Positions 27,078-39,267 of a stretch of DNA of 64,000 nt are shown piece after piece. The notes below the pieces were generated by a model, which ran no database searches, was not told the origin of the DNA, and saw only the letters and a program-made list of their open reading frames with translations. Both the position numbers and the translations under genes were made by a program. Positions within the stretch are counted from its first letter, which is position 1, and every line of letters starts with the position of its first letter. This stretch comes from Macrostomum lignano (taxonomy: Eukaryota), in NCBI GenBank assembly GCA_002269645.1, contig NIVC01000707.1:62001-126000 (forward strand), read 5' to 3'.

Positions 27078-30000
27078 ATGACGTCAATAGCTCATGCATC
27101 TGGTCTAGAAGGACTTGACATAGCCATTTTCGTTGGCTATTTTGTGCTTGTGGTCATCACTGGAGTCTTTGTGAGTGTTAAAATTACATGTAGCTATAGC
27201 TTATCCATTTTAGCCAGTTGATTTCACTATCTGTAGAATAATTTCTTATAACTTTACTTTTATATTTTCGAAAAATCTTATGTATTTTTAAAAATGATTT
27301 TGTTTTACTTGATAACACATATTGTTTTAATTTCAATAGTATTTTGCATGAATTTTCAAGGCTTTTAAAAGATTTGCATAATTTTGGATTCTACGGTATA
27401 GAATTATAAAATGCATTTGAATGTATTTGCATTCCAATTTTTTCTATCATTTTAAGTCATTATACTATTGTATGTTTTTGAATAGTTCCTTTAGTACATT
27501 TTGTTTCATTGTACTATACATTTATTACATTATTGCTATATATACTAAGGGGGGTTAATGGCTAGTAAGTTAGTGGCTAGAATGTCGGACTCCAGACTTG
27601 AAGGTACGGGGTTCGATTCCCGATCCCACTGGAACAATTTGTTTCCTTGAGCAAGAGACGCTTAACTCTGCATTGCTTCAGTTCACCCAGCTGTAAAATG
27701 GGTGCCAGTGTTAGCTGGGGTAATTGAGGGGGTTTTTGTGGCACCCCCAGTCCTTGGACTGAACAGCCGTACGCAGCCTTCAGATGCACCGCGCAATAGC
27801 TGCGGCTGAGCTGTCGGTTGCATACGAGCTACGAGCTATATGGCGCAATTGGCGCAGGTGTAAATTAACATTATTATTATTATTATTATTGCTTTCATAA
27901 AAGAGAACTCCCTGATCTAGCTTACGTGTAGAAATTATGTTTAATTGGTATTATTTTAATATTATTCAGTCGATGTGCATCACGAAGCGCGGAACTGTGA
28001 AGGGCTACTTTCTGGCTGGCCGTCACATGACCTGGCTCCCGGTGAGCAGCATATTTATACGCGATTCTATGTCGGTTGTTTATTACGTGAAGGGGGCAAA
28101 GTTCCAACAATTCCGCGTCACCACTGGCTTCAGATTGGTGCCTCCCTATTCGCCAGCAACATCGGCAGCGAGCACTTCATCGGGCTGGCTGGCTCCGGAG
28201 CAGCTTCCGGGATCAGCATCGGCGCCTTCGAATTGAACGTGAGTGCTGAGGACTCAGAAGCTGGAAGACTTTGCACTCATCATTACTAGTCTTTCTCCGC
28301 CCGTTTTATATCAAGAAAGGGGAATAACTATCCAGTCGCCACCAGATCAATATGAGATCAATCTCAACACTCTATTGCTGAGACTGTACATAAATAACTC
28401 AACCCCACGCCCAGGGCAAGGTTTATTTTCTTCAATACTTTAACAATCTCTCGCGTCACTCTTCCAATTGATGTACAGTTGCATGACCTGTAATTGGGGT
28501 TATACGCAAGGCAGTTCATTCCCAACCTCCTAGATGTACATCCACATCAAGCCCTCACCTTAACTACCATCCTGTATATCCGTATGCAGAGTGAACTGGC
28601 GCTCAACTAAATTTACTGCTCGCTCACACTGTGGCTGATCAGCTACACCAGCTCAGCATGACTTGGAGTGCTGGGTTGTCAAGCTTCAACTTTGTTTTCT
28701 ACACATTTGCATCAACGTTAAAGCTCGAAAATATTTGTTTAGGACATTTGAAAGATAATTTTTCTTCTGCCGTTGAATTCCATTTTTCATAAAACACAAA
28801 ATTTTCTTGACATAAACTTCAAACGCTTGTTTACTTTAACTTTAATTAAACAATAATTAAAATTGAAAATCATCCCTAGTCTTTATCCAGTTGTCACTAT
28901 CCAGTATAACAAAATTTCAGGCCTGCATCCTGCTGCAACTACTTGGCTGGGTGTTCCTGCCCGTGTACATCACAAGCGGGGTGAGTATAATAACACTATA
29001 GTTAGCTCACAGTACTTAACTCGAGGCAATTCGGTAACCTTCTGCACGCAAATAAACCGACTTGCAAATGAAACAGAGAGCAAAGCTGTGCAAGCTAGTT
29101 TTCTTTTCTAATGGGAGCATGCAATAACTGGTAAAAGCATTATGCCTACCTGTAGAAGCTATTGTACGTAAAGAAATATGTGTAAAAAAATTACGCTGCA
29201 CACAGTGGCTCGAAAGCTGTCTAGAGTTACCCACTATGCTTTTAGCTCGCATGGCTTCTGCGTGCGACTGACTTAAAATAGCACATTATTTATTACTTTG
29301 CCACACGAATTTCGTAGAGTCATGAAGATTTTTATTTAGTAAAGAAAATCACTTTAAAATAGTTATGACCAAAATTGAAGCTCAAGTTTTTTATGCATAA
29401 AGTTTGATAGAATACCACTTTAACTCAGACTATAAGTCACGCCATGCATACCAGAGAACCATCTGGTATCTGATTACAAAGTCAGTCAATTAACGCATGT
29501 TGTTTTACAGCTCACTTAAATATGGACCCGAAAGTCCAAGTCCAACCAGCTGTATGTATGTTGCAGTGAATCTTCTTATCTGAATTTATTCAGGCAATAA
29601 GCTCGTGCGCAGGTTTCTTGAGTATAACATTTGTTCCTTTCCAGTATACAGGGAACCGTTTTACAGGCTAGAGTGTTATTATCAGCATTTGAAATTGGTG
29701 TATGTTTGCTTTTACTCGTAAACAAGAAATTTCTGGTTCCTTCCAGAAGTCTTGATATTCAATAAACTTTTGCCAGAGTTTACTGTCCCAACGACATTTG
29801 AGGACACGAAACTATATAGATAGTTAGCATATTTGTACTGGATATGGATCGTAATCACATTGGGTAGCATTTTAGGCTGTTGGGTCCAGGACCACTGCAG
29901 CTATAGTTACTCGTATTTTATTGCTTACTGAACTCTACTTGAAATGAGGTACCGCTCCAGCTAAATTAGGTATGAGTTCTGCCAACTTATGCATTAGTCA

Positions 30001-33000
30001 CGCTAAATTAGGCATCAGTCACAGTAAATAAGGTATCAGTCACGCTAAATTAGGTATCAGTCACGATAAATTAGGTATCAGTTATATCACTTTTGATATC
30101 ATTCACGCTAAATTAGGCATCAGTCACGCTAAATTAGGCATCAGTCACAGTAAATAAGGCGGGCCCTGCCTCAGAGGAGGCAAAGGGGGGGGGGTCCGGG
30201 CGCACGTGATCTCCCCATAAACACGAGCCCAGCGTACAATGATGAAATCATTGCACTTTGGACTAAAGAAGGTATCAGTCACAGTAAATAAGGTATCAGT
30301 CACGCTAAATTAGGTATCAGTCACGATAAATTAGGCATTATTCACACTAAACTAAGTATCAGTTATATCAAATTAGATATCATTCACGCTAAGTTAGGTA
30401 TCAGTCACGCTAAATTAGGTATCAGTCACACTAAATTAGGTATCAGTCACACTAAATTAGGTATCGTTGACGCTAAATTAGGTATTAGACGCGCTAAATT
30501 AGATATCAGTCACAATAAAGTAGGCATCAGTCACACTAAATTAGGCATTATTCACACTAAACTAAGTATCAGTTATATCAAATTAGATATCATTCACGCT
30601 AAGTTAGGTATCAGTTATATCAAATTAGATATCATTCACGCTAAGTTAGGTATCAGTCACGCTAAATTAGGTATCAGTCACGCTAAACCAGGCATCAGTC
30701 ACACTAAATTAGGTATCAGTCACGCTAAATTAGGTGTCAGTCACGCTAAATTAGTGTCATAGAATCTGCACCAAATACTGATAAAGAGTCTTGCTGCCGC
30801 ACACCCTCCATCCAGATTATCACCCTGCCCGAGTACATGAAACGTCGCTTCGGAGGAAAAAGAATTCAAGTCTACCTTGCCGTTCTGTCGCTTATATTGT
30901 ACATCTTCACTAAAATTTCTGTGAGTATTTACTGGCAATTCGTGTCAATAAAAGCTTCACTATTTTATCAAAAGGAGACTACAGATATAAATCATTCAAT
31001 AAAATCATTTCATAACGAAAGGTCAACCTGTACTCCGGAGCCGTGTTTATCAAGGTGGCACTCGAATGGAATGTTTGGTTGTCAATTCTGCTGCTGCTGG
31101 GACTAACCGCTTTGGTCACCATGACTGGTTTGGTCTTTTTATGAATACATTTTGCTGCTTTTATGACATGGACTTTGTAGGATAATAACATTCTGGAAAG
31201 ATGAGCCGTAAACTTCCTAGGAAATGAACTTTGAAGAATGTGAAAATTGTAGGATTTATCCTGCACTTTGTAGGATACGAACTTAGTAATACACTTACTT
31301 TTTAGTGAAAGTTCTAAATTTTTTAGGTCTTCAAGTTTGTAGAAAATGATTATTTCAAGAAATCAAGAACATGAATCTTTTACAATAAAAACCCATTAAA
31401 AAGCGGTGCTTAAATGCTTTTAGTTGCTTTATGATATTTAAACTCTTTCTAGCTTGTAGCCTAGTGGTTAGAGCGTCGGATTCACGACTGAAAGGTCGGG
31501 GGTTCGATTCTCGACCCTCTCGGAACAATTTGTGTCCTTAAGCAAGACGCTTAACTCTGCATTGCTTCAGTTCACCCAGCTGTAAAATGGGTGCCAGCAT
31601 TGGCTGGGGTAATTGAGAGGGTTTGTGTGGCGACCCCCCCCCTCCCCAGTCCTTGGACTGAACAGCCGTACGCAGCCTTCAGATGGCTGCGGCTAAGCTT
31701 TCATTTGTACATCTGCCCTATTATTGTATTTAGTTTTTTCTTGTCATTCCAGGCGGTTTGGCAGCCGTAATTTACACTGACACGGTGCAAGCGGTCATCA
31801 TGGTGCTGGGTTCAGCATTGCTAACGATAATGGGTAGGCAGATCTGTTATCATAAGTTTAAAACCGTATTTATGGTACCAAACTTTTAACTATAACAAAT
31901 TATAACAAAGTCTCCGTATTGTAGTTAAACATACTTGTGCATGTATATATTTAGACTAGAAAAGTATTGTCACAGACGACTCCGACCTTCTAATTGTAAC
32001 AACCCTCAAGATATGCTTCGAATGACAAATTGAAATTTTAGGCCTAGCAAAGATTGGCGGAATTTCCGGTCTAATCGAAAAGTATCCGCGCGCTATCGCC
32101 AACTCTAGTTTCCATGGCAACGCTACAAATGTAAACAGCACTGCGTCACGCTGCGGGATACCTTCTGAGTACTCTTTCACCTTGTTGAGGCCAATTAACG
32201 ACCCTGACATGCCCTGGCTTGGATTTCTGCTGGGCCAAACTCCAGCCAGCATTTGGTACTGGTGCGCTGACCAGGTAAATCCTGCAAAAGCTCAAGAGTT
32301 TTCCCTGCTGTCATAATCAATAACACATTTGCTTATTCTCGTAAATAAAAAGCACTACTGTTGCGAAACTTCACACTAATCTTGGATTATATTTAAAAGA
32401 CGAGTAACTATTCCTGTATGCCTCGTCAGCTAATAAGTTATACGCCATGTCTATGAAATATCTCAACATCTCTTTTAACCCCCCCCCCAAACCGCAGATA
32501 ATTGTTCAGCGCGCTCTGTCGGCCAAGTCGCTGGCTCACGCTCAAGGCGGCACCCTTTTAGCTGGCTACATCAAGCTCACGCCGCTGTTTCTAATGGTTG
32601 TGCCCGGAATGATCAGTCGGATTTTGTATCCCGGTAAGCTGGATTTCGGTATCGCGATTATTTCCATGTATTCTTGCCCGGCGTCCCATCCAATAGTTTT
32701 AAAAACAACCGTAGTTACCTTCTGAAATAGAGGAAGGGCATCACTCAAGTGCTAAAAGTGACTTGGAGTGATGTCAAGTGCAGTCACATTAATTTGGGAC
32801 TGAATTGGAATCTCGGCTTGGCTCTGCTCGTGCAATTAACGCCCTTGACGGCCAACCCCCAAGGCACAGTGAAGTGTACATGCCTAACGATAAATAAAGT
32901 TAGGGCCGCTGTACACTCCTGTGTGTGTGCTTGTGCGAGTGACTGCGTACGTATCGCGCGCTTGTGTGCCTGCTCAGGGGAGTCGGTGGAATTGGCAGTA

Positions 33001-36000
33001 ATGCCTCTCACCGGTTGTGTGAAAAGTCCAACTCTAATGCTCTAACTCCAACCAGACTATTCGTCTTCAGTAAACTGAACACGATTCACGAGTAAAGCGT
33101 CATTTTACTTCTGTTCTCTATTTTTTCTACTGTTAGTAGCACATTTAACAAATTCTGCACTATTGAAAATTTCCTAATACCTTCAATCAAACATTTCAAA
33201 AACAGACATCGTGGCGTGCGCCGATCCGGACTCGTGCGAGAAAATTTGCGGCAGTCGAGCTGGCTGCTCAAACCTGGCGTTTCCACAGCTGGTTGTCTCC
33301 ATACTGCCCATGGGTACGAGTGAGTCGAATATAGATCAAGGTTTACTGATGAGGTTCAGTTTCAATTCCGTTTCTTAGGGCTCCGAGGTCTACTTCTCGC
33401 CGTGATGGTGTCTGCGCTCATCACAGACCTGACTTCGATTTTCAACTCGGCTTCCACCCTGTTCACCATCGATATCTACGCTAAATTCCGGCCCAGAGCG
33501 TCTGTTAGGAGCAGCTGATTGTTGGCAAGTGAGTTCGGAGCACACTCACTGACGGTGTGGGTGACTAGAGTTTGGGAGAAGGATTGAGAGTTGCAATTTG
33601 GATGAAGAGTAATACATAAAATGTACGGTTGTACCCGGACGTACTATCCCGCATCCCGAAAAGCGCCACTTTCTACGGAAACACCCTTTCTATTAGTGGC
33701 AGGGGGCTGTGTGCACCCTGGCGCACTTTAAGCGACATTGTCACACAACCGGCGAGAGGTATTACTGCCCATTCCGCCGACTTCTCTGAGCAGGCACACA
33801 AGCGCGCGGATACGTACGCAGTCATACGCACAGGCACACACTCACACAGGAGTGTACAGCGGCCCTAACTTTATTTATTGTTAGGCATGTACACTTCACT
33901 GTTCCTGGGGGTTGGGCCTCAAGGCCGTTAATTGCACGAGCAAAGCCAAGCCGAGATTCCAATTTAGCCCCAAATTAATGCGACTGCACTTGGAATCGAG
34001 CCTGGGCCGCTGGCACATCAGAGCGCCGCGCTGAACCATTGGGCTACGGCCGCGCAGAAACACCCCTTCTACAAAAACAACCCTTTCACAAGAGCGCCAT
34101 TGTTCCTTACTGAACAGCATCCCAAACAGTTACAAGTTTTAATTTCGCTTCAATAAATACAATATCGCATCCAATATTCAATATTTTAGACTCACAGTCG
34201 TAGTCGTGGTTTTACTATCCATTGCCTGGATACCAATTATCACCACAATGCAAGGCAGTCAGCTGCTAATTTATATCCAGGATGTTGTGGCCAACCTTGC
34301 GCCACCAATTGCCACAGTGTACACTACAGCTGTGCTGTGGCATCGAGCGAATGAGATTGTAAGAGGCTGTTTAAAATACATTACATGACCCTACCCTATA
34401 AATCCTATGACCCTACAAATTCCATAGCCCTACAAATTCCATGACCCTATAAATGATGAACCCTACGAATCTCATGACCCTGCAACTGTCATAAACAAAA
34501 TTCTTGAGACCGTAAAGATCCATCCGACTCAATTCGACTCAACCCTACTCAACTCGACCCAATCTACCTCAACTCGACTCAACCCTACTCAACTCGACTC
34601 AACCCTACTCAACTCGACTCAACCCTACTCAACTCGACTCAACCCTACTCAACTCGACTCAACCCTACTCAACTCGACTCAACCCTACTCAACTCGACTC
34701 AACCCTACTCAACTCGACCCAATCTACCTCAACTCGACTCAACCCTACTCAACTCGACTCAGCCCTACTCAACTCGACTCAGCCCTACTCAACTCGAATC
34801 AACCCTACTCAACTCGACTCAATTCCCGACTCAACTCGACTCAACCCTACTCAACTCGACTCAACCCTACTCAACTCGACCCAATCTACCTCAACTCGAC
34901 TCAACCCTACTCAACTCGACTCAGCCCTACTCAACTCGACTCAGCCCTACTCAACTCGAATCAACCCTACTCAACTCGACTCAATTCCCGACTCAACTCG
35001 ACTCAACCCTACTCAACTCGACTCAACCCGATCTCGCTGCCTTACCCAGGCTGCATTCTCGGCTCTCAGCTGGGGTTTCGTCATTGGCGCAATTCGCCTG
35101 GCGGTGACCAGCGCCTTCCCGGATCCTCCGTGCGGAGACCCCGACCTGCGGCCGCGCTGGGTGGTGGACCTGCTGCCTCACTACATGTACTTTGCCGTGG
35201 CCTCCACTCTGAGCACTCTGGCCATAGTGATTGGGGTCAGCCTGCTCACAGCTCCGCCGCCATCAAGCCAAATTCGTAACCTGACCATCTTCAGTCTGGA
35301 CGAGGAAGTGGTGGAACCGGCGGACCAGTCGGTCAACGATTTTGAGATGCAAAATCGTGCAGCGGCAACGGTTGAGAGGGAGAACCTACAAGTCAATGGT
35401 AATAAGAAAGGTTTTTGTGGTCGCTCCTGCGTTAGGCCTTTTGTCATAACCCCGCTTATTAATAAAGAGGAAAGTACGAGTATCCTATCTCAGGCCTTTC
35501 CGAAAGGCTAAAATCTAGAGTTTAGGGTTTTCTAAGTCCACAAAAATGATGTCAATCGGAGCCAAAAAACTCGAACAGACAGTCCCTAGATGCAAACAGA
35601 CAATCAGTCCCTAGATGCAAACAGACAATCAGTCCCTAGATGCAAACAGACAATCAGTCCCTAGATGCAAACAGACAATCAGTCCCTAGATGCAAACAGA
35701 CAATCAGTCCCTAGATGCAAACAGACAATCAGTCCCTAGATGCAAACAGACAATCAGTCCCTAGATGCAAACAGACAATCAGACAATCCCCAAATGCATA
35801 CAGACAGTCCTAATGCAGATATTTCAAACAGTAGTTTGCAGTTTTTCAAACAGTAATAACAAAAATGGTGTAATATATTCAGGAACAAAATCCCAAAACC
35901 CTCAAAAAACCTTGCCAATGCAGCCGCTTCCCCCAGCAGCAACGAAGGCCGATTCAGCTCAATCAACTGGCGCGCAATGATGCACGTATGGCTGCAGAAC

Positions 36001-36213
36001 TTCCTCGGGCACACCAGCGACCCGGAGGAATCGCAGGAGACGAGCGAATCGAAAAATCCGCTTCGAGACGAAAGGTCGCCAGCGCTTCCAGATAGACGGA
36101 GAAGTCGCTGGGAAGCGATTATTCTAAAAATATTTTTAGCATTGATACTACTAATAGCGACGCTAATAAACATCCTGTTGTCCGTTCTGCCGCCGAAACT
36201 GACGGATCTTTGA
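27078..36213 (+). CDS. SLC5A3: SLC5A sodium:solute symporter, SMIT1/SLC5A3-like (sodium/myo-inositol cotransporter), 14 exons, 685 aa if one missing base is restored
   Basis: Exons 27078-27170, 27970-28041, 28134-28238, 28921-28980, 30816-30920, 31022-31127, 31753-31833, 32042-32274, 32498-32633, 33206-33313, 33379-33528, 34190-34358, 35050-35398, 35924-36213. Motifs [67 protein letters not shown] (SMIT1-type) and [14 protein letters not shown] 1-nt deletion near 33509 gives TGA at 33516 as assembled. Confidence 0.9.
27559..27890 (+). mobile_element. CORE-SINE family A, copy 2
   Basis: GGTTCGATTCC B box, CORE-like block, shared 3' body and an (ATT)n tail. In SLC5A intron 1. Confidence 0.8.
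29985..30750. repeat. 21-bp degenerate minisatellite with an internal insertion
   Basis: Unit ATCAGTCACGCTAAATTAGGT. Interrupted at 30160-30263. Confidence 0.9.
31451..31720 (+). mobile_element. CORE-SINE family A, copy 3
   Basis: TAGCCTAGTGG A box, GGTTCGATTC B box, CORE-like block, and a shortened 3' part. Confidence 0.8.
32775..33022 (+). mobile_element. SINE family B, 5'-truncated copy
   Basis: Body matches the reverse complement of 33741-33990. The tRNA-like head is absent. Confidence 0.75.
33693..34056 (-). mobile_element. SINE family B, full-length copy (about 364 bp) with a 15-bp target-site duplication
   Basis: Head GGCCGTAGCCCAATGG...GGCTCGATTCC. Flanked by GAAACACCCTTTCTA (33678-33692) and GAAACACCCCTTCTA (34057-34071). 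Confidence 0.8.
34535..35030. repeat. 20-bp minisatellite
   Basis: Unit ACTCAACCCTACTCAACTCG. Confidence 0.95.
35579..35782. repeat. 25-bp minisatellite, about 8 copies
   Basis: Unit CAATCAGTCCCTAGATGCAAACAGA. Confidence 0.95.
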
Positions 36214-36529
36214 AGGAAAATCTGATTAAGGAACTGCTAACAGAGATAGACAGCTGCATGCAAGCTAACAAAAATAAGAGGGATCTTTGCGTTCAGTGAT
36301 GATTACAAACGACAAGTTTCCTATTGTCAACATTTATATCTTAATTAAAATTTGCTATTCATTAATCACGGCAAAATATTGTGCTTTGACTGATGATATA
36401 GATTTGTCATTTCTAATAAAAAAATACATCAAGTCGCTGATTTCGTTGAAAAGGATAAGGTCAGGTCCATTATTAAGGCCAACATTCTAGAGCTTTTAAG
36501 TTGACATAAAATCCTATATCCTAAAAATG

Positions 36530-36605
36530 AGTTGTTTGTATGTAGCTATGCGATAGATTTCAGAAAAAAACGGCTCAACCGATTTTCTTCAAACTTGCAC
36601 CATTC
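36530..36605. mobile_element. Possible Helitron/Helentron-type non-autonomous fragment
   Basis: TGTTTGTATGT followed by AAAAACGGCTCAACCGATTTTCTTCAAACTT, resembling a block I recall from non-autonomous Helitron-like elements. No termini identified. Confidence 0.3.
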
Positions 36606-37339
36606 GATCAGAAATTTCAATCTAATTCCTTGGACCCCACATGAGAGAGCTAGATGTCTCGGCGTTTCTGGTCGTCTTGGCCGACAAGGTACGGTCTGGT
36701 CCGGAGCCCATCAAACTTCGGGCTCCGTTCTGGCGCTTAATTTGACATCCCCGTCGCAACTGCTTTTATGAACCTACCAAATATAAGCTTGATTCGCTAA
36801 TATATTTTTGAAAAAAAGAGATTAAATTAAAGTACAACACTTCTACCGAGCTAAAAATACTTTTGGTTTGCCTTCAAGCACATCAATATTCAATGAGACA
36901 AAGACTTAACTTTCTTTGAGAGCAGAAATCCGGGACGAGCTCACGTTAAAAGCTTTGTCGTTTTAAAAGATAAAGATAGAAAAAGCAATTTCCGAAATCC
37001 GATGACTGATACCTGGCTGGTGGGAAAACTGTTTGAAGTAAATCGCTACTATTTAATGAAATGAGCCCATTGGCTGTGTCAGCTCTCAGATTCTGAGTGA
37101 TCTGAGCCGCTTTGTGATTGTGCCTAAATTCTGAGGGCCACATTGCTAGCAATTCGGACCATCGTTTACATGTAAAACTCTGTATTAATCATGTAAGGAT
37201 AGCGACCGCTTCCTAAAGGCCCGCACTTTTTTTGAAAGCCACCCCGCATCTAGATGGCGCCGGGTGCTGTTCGCCGCCTCTCCTTTGATATAAATATCCA
37301 GAGGAGGGCACTGAGGAAGGCATTCATACCTTTAAAAGG

Positions 37340-37900
37340 AGCAGAGCTTGCCGCAAGACTCGTAGTCATGCTGCAAGCTCTGCCCTGGATTTGTAGAGAG
37401 CGTCGAGTTTGCTCTTGACACTCAGGCCGCTAGCCCACATGAGGCTGGCGTAACTGATCGAGGGGCGGATAATGGCAGTGTAGATCCACCACAGCTTCCT
37501 GGGTGAGCCCACAGGTGGTGCCCACGACGCGCCTGATCTGAGCGAGGACAGCCAGGGCTTTTTCAGCTTTAGTTTGGATGTTAGGGGTCCAGTTAAGCCT
37601 GTGATTCAGAGTGAGGCCCAGGCAGCAGACCTGCTTCTTCATAGAAATGTCCTTTCCATAGAGGGCGAGGGGCTTCATGGTCCAGAGCAGTTTGTTGGTA
37701 AACATGACCGCTGTGGTTTTCGACTCTGAGAGTCTGAGGTCACAATGGCTTGCTCAACGCTCCGCTCGACCCAGGAAACCCTGCAGAAGATCTCTGATAG
37801 TACCGACCGAAGGGCCCGCACATATTGCGGTCACGTCATCGGCATAGCCACCTTTTTGGCTTGCAACTAGGTCTTGAATGAGTTTGTGTTGACTTACAAG
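37340..37900 (-). mobile_element. Non-LTR retrotransposon (LINE; R1/LOA/I-like) RT C-terminal fragment, frameshifted
   Basis: GYADDV at 37835-37846, LGLTLNHRLNWTPNIQTKAEKA, and RRVVGTTCGL (a G.tWGL-like motif). Confidence 0.8.
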
Positions 37901-39157
37901 CGCCAGAATAGGAAAGGAATTGATTGATACACCCTCCTACGCCAATATTTTTGTGTCTGCACGGGAGTCAAAAGCTTTAGGAGCCGCTTCCTTTGCCCCT
38001 CTTATCTACGAACGCTACATTTGACAATATCTATACATGTATATGGCTTTTTAGGTACTGAGTCAGCTAAAAGAACTAAACAGCCACCTGAATCCACTTC
38101 CGGGACAGCTGTGTATCGCTTCCTCAAAAGAATTGAATACAAAGAGGCTAACTTGCTCTATCTACTTCAAACCCAACAACTCTCGCTGACAGCTAAACTC
38201 GATCTATTTTTATCTCAAACACCTTTAAAAATCACATATTATCAAATCCTAATTCCTTTGCTATGCGCTCACCGCTGCAGTTATAAAGAGGACTTACTTT
38301 ATTTAGGTCAACAGGCAGCAATCTATACTGGGCATTCTGAAGCGACAGGAGTGTTTAGTGTCCACATTATCTAAGGACCTCTTACCTCCTGTCCTCACAA
38401 AATTGGAATACTGGACGGACTGTCGAAGGTAATTTGGATTCATTTTCCGTGAAAATCAGCGCTCTGTAGGCCTGTAGCAATGGATCTATGGAGAGCCTCC
38501 AATTCCGAAGGCGTGACACAGCAAAGCAACAAGACAAAAAAGCTAAGAAATGTTAGTTCGCCGATATTTCGAATACGAAATTCTTCGTCAGGGCGAAAAT
38601 GAATATAATTATTAAGGTGAGAAACTGACAAATAAATATAAGAGAAACGTGAGGAGAGGTCGCGCATGTGCATACTGTATGTACATCAACTATGAGTCAA
38701 GACTCTAAATTCCAAAACCGGTTGGCTAAAGCGAGATTGCGCAATACAGTGGGCCCAGATGGCCTTCGAAAGGTTAATAATGAAAACAAATAATAAAGAG
38801 CAAAATGAAGAGTCAACACAGAATAAAAAAATAATAAAGTAAATAAATAAATACGTAGAGTGAAAGTGCACCATGTACGGTGTCACTTAACTGGCAGAAG
38901 CTGGTTCGAGCTGGTTGTGGCAGAGCAGATCCCGAAGGCTCCTCTCTGTGCCGGCAGTACAGGGGCACCGTCGTCCCTCACCGTCCCTCACCTTGGCAAC
39001 CAGGGTGTCTGACCCAGCGCAGTGCGGCACGATCAGTGGGATCACCGGATTGTGCAGCACCCCAGTCAGCTCGTTGGCGCCATGTGGGACCAGAGTCTTC
39101 AGGACCGCGATGAGTATTAAATGCAAAGTAGGTAGGAAAGGAGCCTAGTGGAGAGAG

Positions 39158-39159
<2 letters not shown>

Positions 39160-39254
<95 letters not shown>

Positions 39255-39267
39255 AGAGAGAGAGAGA
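39160..39267. repeat. (GA)n microsatellite
   Basis: Direct reading. Confidence 0.98.

Noticed and set aside
37194-37335. Solo LTR starting TGTAAGG with a TATA-like box
   Set aside because: No matching CA end or TSD was found.
38021-38374. 117-aa ORF
   Set aside because: No motifs, AT-rich, and no supporting splice structure.
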